Source of the DNA: Hyphomicrobiales bacterium
Lineage (GTDB): Bacteria > Pseudomonadota > Alphaproteobacteria > Rhizobiales > TMED25
NCBI GenBank assembly: GCA_038131735.1
Contig: JAYPPX010000001.1
Location: 1,186,592-1,250,591, forward strand
DNA: 64,000 nucleotides
Direction: 5' to 3'
Shown here: positions 17,888 to 27,222 of the stretch, piece after piece
Layout: every line of letters starts with the position of its first letter
Numbering within the stretch: position 1 is the stretch's first letter
The notes under the pieces: model-generated
What the model saw: the letters and a program-made list of their open reading frames with translations, nothing else
The model's database searches: none
What the model was told of the DNA's origin: nothing
Program-made: the position numbers and the translations under genes

Positions 17888-18931
17888 CTACTCACCCATG
17901 AGTTGCATTGCTTTTTCTAGTATTGGAGCTCCATCTATATTTTCTTTTGATAATTCCTTTAACCAAATATTATGTGTTCCTTTTAATCTATTTTTGATTT
18001 CTTCAGTTTCATTATAACCTAGGATTTTATGTATATTGCCATTTTTCAAAGCATAATCTAGACCATAATTATCATTCATTTGCCAGATATTACCTGCATT
18101 TTCCCATTGTGAGAGGTTTGAATTAGCTTGAAATATTTCCTTGATATCATCAGGAAGAGTATTCCATTTATCTATATTCATAGATACTTGGAATGTTAAT
18201 GTGCCAAAGCGAAATCCATCAAAACCCTCAATTTGATATTTTGTATATTCGTTTAATTTAAATGTTGGGATTATTTCATAGGGGATTAGAGCTGCATCTA
18301 TCATATTTTTGGATAAGGTTTGAACAACATCTGGCATTGGAACTGAAATAGACTCTGAACCTAATTCATCAAGCGTCCATGAACCAGTTCTAGATGGTGT
18401 TCGAACTTTCATTCCTTTGAATGAATTTATGTCCGATATTTCTTTCTGAACAGATTGAAATACATTTCCAGCATGAACATGCAAAAAGAGTACCTTCAGA
18501 CCAGAATAATCTTCTTCTAAATATTCACTAAACATTTCATACATAACAGCGCCTGTTTTTTCTGGATCATTAGTGTGAATTAGAGGTAGTTCGAATAACT
18601 CTGTCCTTGGGAACTGACCTGGTGTGTAGCCATTAGATGTCCATATCAAGTCCACGACTCCATTTCTGGCTTGACTTACTAAATCTGCTGGCCGCCCTCC
18701 AAGCGTCATCGATGGGTAAATATCAATTTTGATTCTCCCAGCTGAATCCTCTTCTACTTTCTTTACCCATGGCTCTATCATAGAAATATGTGCAGGTGAT
18801 GTTTTTGGTAAGAAATGATGGAATTTAAATTCGTATTCTGCTGCGTCTAAATTCATAGTCATACAGAACAATGAAAAAAGAGATAAGGTTAAGCTGAAAA
18901 TAAATTGTATTTTATTTTTTTTCTTAATCAT
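17888..18931 (-). CDS. dctP: TRAP transporter substrate-binding protein
   Basis: 347 aa. Signal peptide, then the ...YEFKFHHFLPKTSPAHISMIEPWVKKVEE... DctP-family N-terminus. Confidence 0.8.
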   Translation of the reverse strand: MIKKKNKIQFIFSLTLSLFSLFCMTMNLDAAEYEFKFHHFLPKTSPAHISMIEPWVKKVEEDSAGRIKIDIYPSMTLGGRPADLVSQARNGVVDLIWTSNGYTPGQFPRTELFELPLIHTNDPEKTGAVMYEMFSEYLEEDYSGLKVLFLHVHAGNVFQSVQKEISDINSFKGMKVRTPSRTGSWTLDELGSESISVPMPDVVQTLSKNMIDAALIPYEIIPTFKLNEYTKYQIEGFDGFRFGTLTFQVSMNIDKWNTLPDDIKEIFQANSNLSQWENAGNIWQMNDNYGLDYALKNGNIHKILGYNETEEIKNRLKGTHNIWLKELSKENIDGAPILEKAMQLMGE

Positions 18932-19455
18932 TCAGCTCCCATCAAAATAAAACACACTCTTGCAAGTTTATCACTATTGTTCACCCATGCATGGCTGGTG
19001 CCACGTTGTATAACAATATCACCCTGACTGAGGTGAACTTCTTCATTATCGAGTATGAGAGTAATTTCACCCTCCAGAATAATAGCGTAATCTAAAGATT
19101 TTGATTTATGCATGAATGGATGTCTTTTACTTTTGACTAATGTATCACTTGCATCTAAATCTGAAAAATATGCATCACTATCAAAATTATCTTTCGCATG
19201 AGATTTTTCTGGTTCAAAAGAAGATATACGGCAAATTGTCTCGAAGGATTTTGGAAACATCGTAAACTCTTGATCTACTTCATCAATATCAGCAGAGTTA
19301 TTATTTGGAAAAACTTTTGTATGCCAAATATTATTTAGGCTTACTCCAGGACGTGAATTTTTTTCCATTTGGTTATTCACGAAACTTTCAGAAATAACAA
19401 CGGAATCACCTTGTTTATTAAAACCCGTAACAACTCTTCTACACTTCTTTTCCAT
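18928..19455 (-). CDS. Cupin-domain protein (first gene of the TRAP operon)
   Basis: 175 aa. C-terminal LSQGDIVIQRGTSHAWVNNSD cupin motif. 4-nt overlap with dctP. Confidence 0.6.
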   Translation of the reverse strand: MEKKCRRVVTGFNKQGDSVVISESFVNNQMEKNSRPGVSLNNIWHTKVFPNNNSADIDEVDQEFTMFPKSFETICRISSFEPEKSHAKDNFDSDAYFSDLDASDTLVKSKRHPFMHKSKSLDYAIILEGEITLILDNEEVHLSQGDIVIQRGTSHAWVNNSDKLARVCFILMGAE

Positions 19456-19557
19456 ATTGGTTTGATAACATAAACTAGAAATTATTCATACAGAATTTTA
19501 AGTTAACAAGAGATCTTGTGATATTTTATATATGTGTTTATATATATTAAATATATT

Positions 19558-19634
19558 GCGCCGGTAGCTCAGCTGGATAGAGTATCTGACTACGAATCAG
19601 GAGGTCGGGGGTTCGAATCCTCCCCGGCGCGCCA
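19558..19634 (+). tRNA. tRNA-Arg (anticodon ACG)
   Basis: Manual cloverleaf: GCGCCGG-TA-GCTC-AGCTGGATA-GAGT-A-TCTGA-CTACGAA-TCAGG-AGGTC-GGGGG-TTCGAAT-CCTCC-CCGGCGC-G-CCA. 77 nt with encoded CCA. Confidence 0.95.
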
Positions 19635-19650
19635 AACCAATGAGATAAAA

Positions 19651-20160
19651 ATGGAAATCAAATCATTCAAAGATAGAGTAGATAATTTTTTTAAGTGGGT
19701 TAAAGGTACCGAACTTGTTCTACTTAATAACATAGATGTTAATGAGGATCCTGTTCGCCCACATTTAGACTTAAAGTTTAGAACTAGTTATGGGCGTCAA
19801 ATTTATGGATTGGCTTATGATGACAACATTGAAGGTATAGTTTGTGTCGCTTTGACAGATGAGATTCCTCACACAGAGAAGGAATTGGAACTGATGAGTA
19901 AGAATTCTTATTTAGAAAAAAATTCAACAATTATGATTCCATACACAGTCTGGTCTCGGAAAAGGGGGGCTGGAAAAGAAATAATGAAAAAAGTTATAAA
20001 TCATACTATTAAAAATATGCCAAATATTGAGAAAATAGTAACTCTCTCTCCCCTTACTCCTATGGCAACACATTACCATATTAGGAATGGGGCAGAACTT
20101 ATTAGTATTAATTCTGAAACACAAAATTTTGAGTATAAGATTAATCGGAAACACGATTAG
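19651..20160 (+). CDS. Hypothetical protein, possibly GNAT-like acyltransferase fold (169 aa)
   Basis: ORF track 19534..20160 runs through the tRNA, so I start at ATG 19651 (MEIKSFKDRV...). The RKRGAGKEIMKKVI segment resembles the (Q/R)xxGxG/A acyl-CoA loop. Weak call. Confidence 0.45.
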   Translation: MEIKSFKDRVDNFFKWVKGTELVLLNNIDVNEDPVRPHLDLKFRTSYGRQIYGLAYDDNIEGIVCVALTDEIPHTEKELELMSKNSYLEKNSTIMIPYTVWSRKRGAGKEIMKKVINHTIKNMPNIEKIVTLSPLTPMATHYHIRNGAELISINSETQNFEYKINRKHD

Positions 20161-20437
20161 GATTTAATGGGGTTGGTTTCCAATTAACGTCAGCAATTTT
20201 AAACTCAACGTTATTTGGTAAAATTTGAACCATTGACTGATTGCCCATGGTCTCAGTTGTAAACCATTGATGAGCCTTTAGTTCTTTTTTTTCACCAACA
20301 TTAAGATATTGGGCATAAGCATCTATTCCATTTGGTGATATTGTTAACACTACAATATCACCGGATATAAGGCTTATAGATATATCTTTTACTGGCATTC
20401 TCCATGAAATATATTCATCTATTGATAGTCTTATCAT
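20141..20437 (-). CDS. Hypothetical protein (98 aa)
   Basis: ORF track 20141..20467. ATG 20437 lies 3 nt past the stop of the upstream TauE gene. No family recognised. Its 3' end overlaps the convergent gene by 20 nt. Confidence 0.4.
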   Translation of the reverse strand: MIRLSIDEYISWRMPVKDISISLISGDIVVLTISPNGIDAYAQYLNVGEKKELKAHQWFTTETMGNQSMVQILPNNVEFKIADVNWKPTPLNPNRVSD

Positions 20438-20442
20438 CAGAT

Positions 20443-21207
20443 TTAAATGCCACCCATGGCAGACCATATCATTCTTATACCAATTAATAAGAACAGAAGT
20501 AAAAGGTACTTCTTAAAAGTATCTGCATCAATTCGTCTTCTAACTATTCTTCCTAGTCTCATACCAATTATTGCAGTAACTGCACAAAGTGCTGCAATTG
20601 GAATCATTTCTAATGAAAAAACGTCTGTTTTATAATAACCATAGGTGGCTGGAACGCTTGCTATTAAGAATAAAAAACCTGTTGTATCAACAAAATCTTC
20701 TTTAGACGCCTTCCTGAGTATCAAATAAATTATTATTGGAATACCCCAAATTGAAGTAAGCCCTCCCACAACACCTGCAAGGGAACCCATCCCAATTTGC
20801 CAATGCTTATCATATTTTAAATCAAAGGACCATGATCTCCTGAATAAATTATCTAATGCAAAAATCATTACCATAAGTCCAATGAGTAATTTAATTAGAT
20901 CATCGCCCAGAGTTGCAGCCTGGACAGATGTAATTAATATCCCTGCAACCATAAATATTCCGAATAAATAATATTTTTTTGCTGTCTTCAGTGGGCTTTG
21001 AGCAGACAAGAATTGAGTAATATTTGCAACTATTACTGGTACCATATTTAGACCAATTGCTTGAAGTGGATTTATAAAGAAAATTAATAAAGTGATTGAT
21101 GTCATTGGCAATCCAATACCAGTAACACCCTTTACCATCCCAGAAATTAAAAAAATAATCAGAAAAATAAAGTATAAGAGATTGGTATCTAAAAATGAGT
21201 CAAACAT
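20443..21207 (-). CDS. TauE/SafE-family (DUF81) anion exporter membrane protein
   Basis: 254 aa, about 7-8 TM, with the internal two-fold repeat and Gly-rich helices (GVTGIGLPM.. / GGLTSIWGIPI..) typical of sulfite-exporter TauE/SafE proteins. Confidence 0.7.
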   Translation of the reverse strand: MFDSFLDTNLLYFIFLIIFLISGMVKGVTGIGLPMTSITLLIFFINPLQAIGLNMVPVIVANITQFLSAQSPLKTAKKYYLFGIFMVAGILITSVQAATLGDDLIKLLIGLMVMIFALDNLFRRSWSFDLKYDKHWQIGMGSLAGVVGGLTSIWGIPIIIYLILRKASKEDFVDTTGFLFLIASVPATYGYYKTDVFSLEMIPIAALCAVTAIIGMRLGRIVRRRIDADTFKKYLLLLFLLIGIRMIWSAMGGI

Positions 21208-21412
21208 ATTTTATAATGTAATTCTTTTGGTATTTGGAAAAAAATTGTTGTTAAAAAGTATCGAAGAATGCTTAGTATCAAGAATTAAAATTCATCTACA
21301 TTATTTATTTTACAGTAAATTATTTAAACAGAGTTGTGTCAATAAAATATTACCTATAATAAAAAGCTTTAGGCTTCAGTCGGTATTCTTATTTTTTGTA
21401 TAACTTGAAGAG

Positions 21413-21435
21413 ATGAATGTAGCTAATATTATTAT
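21413..21435. repeat. Copy 1 of a 23-bp direct repeat
   Basis: atgaatgtagctaatattattat is identical to 21515-21537. Confidence 0.95.
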
Positions 21436-21501
21436 CACAAAAAGCAAGCATCATATCGTGGTTGGTGATCATGAAGATATCAAGAAAGATCTTGAGCACG
21501 A

Positions 21502-22689
21502 TCATAGATACTGCATGAATGTAGCTAATATTATTATTACTGCAAGTGTGGAGAGAGTAATGGTAGCATCAAAACTTGTCATTAAATAACCGGACAATGG
21601 ATACATAAAAAGCCAACATAAGTGACTTAATGAAAATTGTGCTGCAAATAATTGAGATAATTCATTTTCCTTCGCAGATCCTCTAATTATTCTTCCCATT
21701 GGGGTCAACACAAGAGAATAGCCGAAACCAGATATAAACCAGAATATTAATAATAGCATAAAATTAAAAATGCTTAGTTCAATAAGGATAGAAAATACGA
21801 TAAATACAATTGATATAATATATGCTCCTAAGTGCATTAACTTCCATATGGAATATTTTTTTAATATTCTAGGTACTTGGGTTGCGCCCAAAACAGAGCC
21901 AATTCCAAAGAAAAACATGGCAACTGGAAGTGCTTCTTCATCCATACCCAGCAATGATCTTACCAATATAACTGTATTAACCAATATCATAGCCCCACCA
22001 GCAGATACAGCAAGATTCATAAACATCAATCCCTTTAACTCGGGCAAAATAACAAATTTCTTTACACCATAAGTTATTTTCTGAATAAATCTGGTATCTT
22101 TCGTTTCATCACTCTCAGTAACCATAGGAAGAAATATTGATAATATTAATAGTGCTGAGGCAATAAAACCAACCGAAGTTCCAATAAATAAGCTCTTATA
22201 ATTATAAAAAACAAGAATTAATGCAGCTATGGAATACCCCAGTATATTCTCTAGATCTATGGCCAAACGTGATAGTGATAGAGCTTTTGTGTAATCTTCA
22301 TCCTCATTGAAAAGTTGAGGTATTGTAGATTGGTATATTGGTGTGAAGGCGGCAGAAGAGATATAAATTACAGAAATAATAAAGTATACATGCCATATTT
22401 CTTCTACAAAAAACAACCCAATTGCTGCAATTGCACGAACAATATCTAAAAAAACTAGATAGAGCCTTCTATTAAACTTATTAGCAAATGCTCCAGCAAT
22501 AGGAGAAAAAAAAACATATATTACCATCTTTATGGTAAACAAACTTGATAATAATAATGCAGCATTTTTCCCAGTTAAATCAAATGCCAACAAACTTAAG
22601 GCCACAGTTGCCAAACCTGTACCTAACAAGGAAAAATTTTGAGCCAAAAAGAGATTTCTGAAGCTTTTATTTGATAGAACTGAAAACAT
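21502..22689 (-). CDS. MFS transporter
   Basis: 395 aa, about 12 TM. N-terminus FRNLFLAQNFSLLGTGLATVAL and loop ANKFNRRLYL are typical of the MFS_3/enterobactin-exporter-like subgroup. Confidence 0.8.
   Translation of the reverse strand: MFSVLSNKSFRNLFLAQNFSLLGTGLATVALSLLAFDLTGKNAALLLSSLFTIKMVIYVFFSPIAGAFANKFNRRLYLVFLDIVRAIAAIGLFFVEEIWHVYFIISVIYISSAAFTPIYQSTIPQLFNEDEDYTKALSLSRLAIDLENILGYSIAALILVFYNYKSLFIGTSVGFIASALLILSIFLPMVTESDETKDTRFIQKITYGVKKFVILPELKGLMFMNLAVSAGGAMILVNTVILVRSLLGMDEEALPVAMFFFGIGSVLGATQVPRILKKYSIWKLMHLGAYIISIVFIVFSILIELSIFNFMLLLIFWFISGFGYSLVLTPMGRIIRGSAKENELSQLFAAQFSLSHLCWLFMYPLSGYLMTSFDATITLSTLAVIIILATFMQYL
21515..21537. repeat. Copy 2 of a 23-bp direct repeat (inside the last codons of the MFS gene)
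   Basis: Identical to 21413-21435. On the minus strand it encodes ..IIILATFM.. of the MFS C-terminus. Confidence 0.95.
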
Positions 22690-22754
22690 TTATGTTTCTA
22701 TATTTGGACCCTATCCCTAGGGTAATTATTAATTCTATATCAAAGTAAATAAGT

Positions 22755-22833
<79 letters not shown>

Positions 22834-22894
22834 ATAAGTTAGTAATTTAGATAACACTATGTATTCTAAAAGGTCAAGAAACAAAAAAAAAATC

Positions 22895-23845
22895 TTATTC
22901 TTCTGTTTCAAGGCCTGTTGGTATTGGAACATTCTCAGGCTCAAGAGAAATCCCAGCACCATCAGCAACTGTTTCTAAAAGCATACCAAAGTCTTTTTCT
23001 AGATTTTCTTTTGATATTCTTTCAATTCTCCCAGAATGTTGTTGCACCGCTTGCCTTGTTGCAGCTGTTACCGGCATTGGCACGCCTAATTCCTTACCTG
23101 ATTGCAAACCTAAATCTAAATCCTTTAATAAAAGTGGTGTAGTAAAAGTAGTTGTCCAATCTAAATTCGCAAATGCGTTTGATTTGTATTTTGTAAAAAT
23201 AGAACCCATAACAGAGTTATTCATAAAGTTTAAAAAAGCATGTCTCGGAACACCTGCTTTTTGTGCAAGAACTGTAATCTCTGCAAGATTTTGGATTACA
23301 ACACCTAACATTACATTATGAGCTATTTTACAGAATCTTGCTAAATCCCCTTCTCCAACATATGCAACACCTCGTGGAGCAATAGTTTCTAAATATGGTT
23401 TTATTTGGTTGAAGATATCCTCAGGCCCAGATGCAACTATCGATAAAACTCCAGCCTTCACAGCCTTACCATTACCACTGACTGGGCATGACATATACGC
23501 AATTCCTAGTTCTTTTAACCTGTCCCTGATTTCATTTGAGTCCTCTGATGAAATTGATGAACAGTCAACAAATATTTGATTTTTCTTTGTACCTTTTGAT
23601 AGAACACCTTCATCACCAAAATATACTTGTTTGAGATCTTTACCTGTTGAAACCATAGTGAACAAGACATCGACATCATGTAATTCATCCATATTGGTGA
23701 CTACTTTTGCACCATATTCTGATAATGGATCAGCTTTTGATTTAGTTCTATTCCATACACTTATGTCTTGCCCATCTTTTGCTAGACGACCAGCCATTGG
23801 ATAACCCATTCTTCCTGTTCCAACCCAACCAATTTTATGTGACAT
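22895..23845 (-). CDS. NAD(P)-dependent oxidoreductase, HIBADH/6-phosphogluconate-dehydrogenase-like
   Basis: 316 aa. IGWVGTGRMGYPMAGRL Rossmann N-terminus. Last gene of the Aco-like operon. Confidence 0.75.
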   Translation of the reverse strand: MSHKIGWVGTGRMGYPMAGRLAKDGQDISVWNRTKSKADPLSEYGAKVVTNMDELHDVDVLFTMVSTGKDLKQVYFGDEGVLSKGTKKNQIFVDCSSISSEDSNEIRDRLKELGIAYMSCPVSGNGKAVKAGVLSIVASGPEDIFNQIKPYLETIAPRGVAYVGEGDLARFCKIAHNVMLGVVIQNLAEITVLAQKAGVPRHAFLNFMNNSVMGSIFTKYKSNAFANLDWTTTFTTPLLLKDLDLGLQSGKELGVPMPVTAATRQAVQQHSGRIERISKENLEKDFGMLLETVADGAGISLEPENVPIPTGLETEE

Positions 23846-23856
23846 GATATTCTCCT

Positions 23857-25215
23857 TTATATTTCACTATTCCAGTTAAATTCTTCTATAATATTTTTTA
23901 CTTCTTTTAAAAAGCTTGCAGCGTAAGCACCATCAAATGCCCTATGGTCAAAACTCTGACCAAGCACACCAATTTTTCTAATACCAATTGTGTCTCCAGT
24001 ATTATCTTCAACAATAACTGGCTTTTTTTGTATGCCATCAAAAGACATAATCGCAACTTGAGGCGGATTCACAATAGGCGCAGTCATGTAAGTACCCATA
24101 CTACCATTATTCGATATCGTATATGTCCCCCCGAAGTATTCCTCTTGTTTAAGTTGATTATTTTGAGCTCTCTGGACGAGATCATTTAAGTTTTCATTCA
24201 AATCAACAAGCCTCATCTTATCAGCATTTTTTAATACAGGAACAATTAGTCCATTATAATTTAAATCGACTGCAATTGCTAAATTTACTGCAGAAGCAAT
24301 GTGTAATTCTTTTTCACTAAAACAGCTATTCACTAATGGATATTCCTTTATAGCTAAGGATATCGCTCTGGCAACAAAAGAGAGATAAGAAACTTTCAGT
24401 TCCCTGTCTGAATATTTTTGTTTAAGTTCGTTTCTTGTCTTATCCAGATTACTAAAGTTAACCTCAACTGCCTGGAAAGCCTGAGGAACCTGTGGCCAGC
24501 TTTCCGATAGACGTTGACCTGTAGTTCTTCTTATACGATTAAGAGCCACTTTTTCTGGATATAAATCGTGATCTATCTTACCAGATATATTCGATCGTGT
24601 TTTTGTCACAGACAATGAGGAAATATAATCTTCCAATAGTTTACGATTAACTTTTCGGGCATTATTTTTTTTAAAATAATCAGCAAGCTTTATTAAATCT
24701 ACCCTTTCATTATTAGCTAACCTCTTTGCTAATGGTGTAAATTTAATATCAATATTTTTACTAGAAAAAGCCTCGTAATTATCATCGGGTGTTTGTACTT
24801 CGTTTAAAAAAGAAAACCATTCTGGTGCATCTGTATCTATTACAATTTCTACATTACTAGTTTTTTTAGAAGTAAATGACTCTTCTTTTTTGATAGGTAA
24901 ATCTGATTGAGAAGCCTCTACACTCTTATTGATATTTTCTGAGGTTGTATCTTCTTTTATATCATCTTCTTGTGGCTGTTCTCCTTCACCACTAATCACT
25001 GCAACGATACTACCAACTGATGAAGTTTCTCCCTCATTAACTAAAATCTTCGTTAATTTACCATCAGTTGTAGCTGGAATTTCCATAGAGGTTTTATCTG
25101 TTTCAATTTCAAATAGGATTTCTCCAGATTTGATATCATCCCCTATGTTCTTGTGCCACTTGGATACAGTACCTTCAGCAACTGTTTCACCTAATTGTGG
25201 CATTAATATATTCAT
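23857..25215 (-). CDS. Dihydrolipoamide acyltransferase (E2) of an acetoin/2-oxoacid dehydrogenase complex
   Basis: 452 aa. Lipoyl domain with EIETDKTSMEIPA, a long acidic/Ser linker, a subunit-binding-like segment (TPLAKRLA) and a catalytic domain with SFDHRAFDG. Confidence 0.9.
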   Translation of the reverse strand: MNILMPQLGETVAEGTVSKWHKNIGDDIKSGEILFEIETDKTSMEIPATTDGKLTKILVNEGETSSVGSIVAVISGEGEQPQEDDIKEDTTSENINKSVEASQSDLPIKKEESFTSKKTSNVEIVIDTDAPEWFSFLNEVQTPDDNYEAFSSKNIDIKFTPLAKRLANNERVDLIKLADYFKKNNARKVNRKLLEDYISSLSVTKTRSNISGKIDHDLYPEKVALNRIRRTTGQRLSESWPQVPQAFQAVEVNFSNLDKTRNELKQKYSDRELKVSYLSFVARAISLAIKEYPLVNSCFSEKELHIASAVNLAIAVDLNYNGLIVPVLKNADKMRLVDLNENLNDLVQRAQNNQLKQEEYFGGTYTISNNGSMGTYMTAPIVNPPQVAIMSFDGIQKKPVIVEDNTGDTIGIRKIGVLGQSFDHRAFDGAYAASFLKEVKNIIEEFNWNSEI

Positions 25216-25226
25216 AACTTCCCTAC

Positions 25227-26210
25227 CTACTTTAAGACATCTAAAATTTTATTATAAATCCGATCAACAGATGGGATAGCAATATCTTCGAGGTTGTCTG
25301 CTGCAGGAAGAGGTATATGCGGTGTTGTAATTCTTACAGCAGGACCATCTAAATCCCAGAATAATTCATCAACAACTATAGAAACAATTTCTGCACCCCA
25401 GCCACATAATCGTGGATTTTCTTCTACTGTGAATAAACGCCCTGTTTTTGATACAGATTTAGAAATAGTTTTCATATCTAATGGTACTAGTGTTCGTAGA
25501 TCAACCACTTCAATATCAATACCGTGTTCCTGCATCAATTTATCTGCTGCTGCAACAGCACGTGGTACCATCAGAGCGAGTGCAATAATTGTTGCATCTT
25601 TACCTTCACGTACAACTTTAGCAGTTCCAAGAGTATCGACATGCTCACCCTCTGGAACTTCACCTTTAATGGCATATAATGATTTATGCTCAAAAAATAT
25701 CACAGGATCATTGTCCCTTATTGATGCTGCTAAAAGACCCTTAACATCAGCAGGTGTTGATGGAGCTACTACTTTTATACCTGGAATTGCCATTGCCCAA
25801 TTTTCGATTGATTGTGAATGTTGAGCTCCAAAACGTGAACCGCCTCCATTACCAGTTCTGACGACAAGTGGACATTTTAGTTGTCCATCAGACATATATC
25901 TTGATTTAGACATTTCATTTGCAACAAAATCCCAGCATACTGCTAGAAAATCTGAAAACATTATTTCTGCAATTGGTCTCATTCCAGTCATGGCAGCACC
26001 CATAGCAGCACCTAAAATTGCTTGCTCTGATATTGGGGTATCAATGACTCTTTTTGGACCGAATTTATCAAATAATCCAACAGTTGCTTTAAATACTCCT
26101 CCGGCTCTAGCAACATCTTCACCAATAAACGCTACTGTTTCATCCCTCTCCATTTCTTGAGCAATTGCAGCTGCTACAGCTTCTCTATATGTTAGTTGCG
26201 CCATGCCCAT
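25227..26210 (-). CDS. E1 component beta subunit (acetoin/pyruvate dehydrogenase type)
   Basis: 327 aa. VIDTPISEQAILGAAMGAAMTGMRP and a transketolase C-terminal-like domain. Overlaps the E1 alpha gene. Confidence 0.9.
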   Translation of the reverse strand: MGMAQLTYREAVAAAIAQEMERDETVAFIGEDVARAGGVFKATVGLFDKFGPKRVIDTPISEQAILGAAMGAAMTGMRPIAEIMFSDFLAVCWDFVANEMSKSRYMSDGQLKCPLVVRTGNGGGSRFGAQHSQSIENWAMAIPGIKVVAPSTPADVKGLLAASIRDNDPVIFFEHKSLYAIKGEVPEGEHVDTLGTAKVVREGKDATIIALALMVPRAVAAADKLMQEHGIDIEVVDLRTLVPLDMKTISKSVSKTGRLFTVEENPRLCGWGAEIVSIVVDELFWDLDGPAVRITTPHIPLPAADNLEDIAIPSVDRIYNKILDVLK

Positions 26211-27217
26211 CCTCCATTAGCATATACATTCGTTGTTAATATATCCTCCGGTGGCACTGGTGAGTTTTTAGCTTCTTCTGTTGCTTGATCAACCAGCTCT
26301 TTAACGTTATTTTCAATGTCATCGATTACATTTTGTTTTATACCAAACTCAATCAGACGTTCGCGATATCTAGTTATTGGATCGTTGTTTTTCTTCCAAT
26401 GCTCAAGCTCTCCTTTTGGTCTGTATGCCCCAGGGTCTGCTCTACTATGCCCTGATTGTCTGTATGTTTTACATTCAATTAATGATGGGCCTTCACCTGA
26501 CCTTGCTTTTGCGTAGGCTTTTTGTGCAGTTCTATATACTTCATCAGCATCATTTCCATCAATAATAATGCTTTCTAGCCCATATGCAGAAGCTCTATCA
26601 GCGGCAGGATTTTTTACAGCTGTAATAGACTCAATAGGAGTGTATTCCATGTAGTTATTGTTTTCACATACAAAAACGACGGGAAGTTTATACACCACAG
26701 CATAATTTAGCGCTTCATGAAAGGCCCCAATATTTGTTGTGCCATCGCCAAAAAACACTGTAGCTACATCATCATGTCCTAAATATTGTGCTCTCCATGC
26801 TGATCCTACTGCCATTGGTAAATGTGCACCAATGATTGCATATGACCCCATGACTCCCTTGCTAGTATCGGTTAGGTGCATAGATCCACCTTTCCCTCTC
26901 ATTAAACCACAGTCTCTTTGCATAAGTTCACCTAATACGCCAACAACAGAAGCTCCCCTCGCCAAAGTATGAGCATGCCCCCGGTAAGTGCAGAAACTCT
27001 TGTCATTTTCTTGCATTGCATTTGCAAACCCAGAGGCAATTGCCTCTTGCCCAAGAGACAAATGACTTGTTCCTTTTACTAGATTTTCAAGAAAAAGATC
27101 GTACGCTCTTTGCTCAGCAACTCTGATCAAGTATTGAGTATTATATAACTCAAGTCTCTTTTTTTCATTGATATCATCATTTTTTAAGGTCTGTTTCTTT
27201 GCCATTGAATTATTCAC
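26192..27217 (-). CDS. E1 component alpha subunit, ThDP-dependent
   Basis: 341 aa. ThDP motif FFGDGTTNIGAFHEALNYAVVYKLPVVFVCENN. The YRxxGHSxxD phosphorylation-loop analogue is YRQSGHSRAD. Confidence 0.9.
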   Translation of the reverse strand: MNNSMAKKQTLKNDDINEKKRLELYNTQYLIRVAEQRAYDLFLENLVKGTSHLSLGQEAIASGFANAMQENDKSFCTYRGHAHTLARGASVVGVLGELMQRDCGLMRGKGGSMHLTDTSKGVMGSYAIIGAHLPMAVGSAWRAQYLGHDDVATVFFGDGTTNIGAFHEALNYAVVYKLPVVFVCENNNYMEYTPIESITAVKNPAADRASAYGLESIIIDGNDADEVYRTAQKAYAKARSGEGPSLIECKTYRQSGHSRADPGAYRPKGELEHWKKNNDPITRYRERLIEFGIKQNVIDDIENNVKELVDQATEEAKNSPVPPEDILTTNVYANGGWAWRN

Positions 27218-27222
27218 ACAAT

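Noticed and set aside
19534-19650. N-terminal extension of ORF 19534..20160.
   Set aside because: The extension is read straight through tRNA-Arg(ACG) (PVAQLDRVSDYESGGRGFESSPAR is the translated tRNA). The CDS was trimmed to ATG 19651.
21092-21403. 103-aa plus-strand ORF in the TauE-MFS spacer.
   Set aside because: It starts inside the TauE coding region on the opposite strand. It has low-complexity, AT-driven composition (Ile/Lys/Phe/Leu), no RBS and no recognisable domain.
21413-21589. 58-codon plus-strand ORF beginning at each copy of the 23-bp repeat.
   Set aside because: It is most simply a by-product of the duplication, overlaps the MFS 3' end antisense, and has no RBS. Mentioned in findings but not called as a gene.
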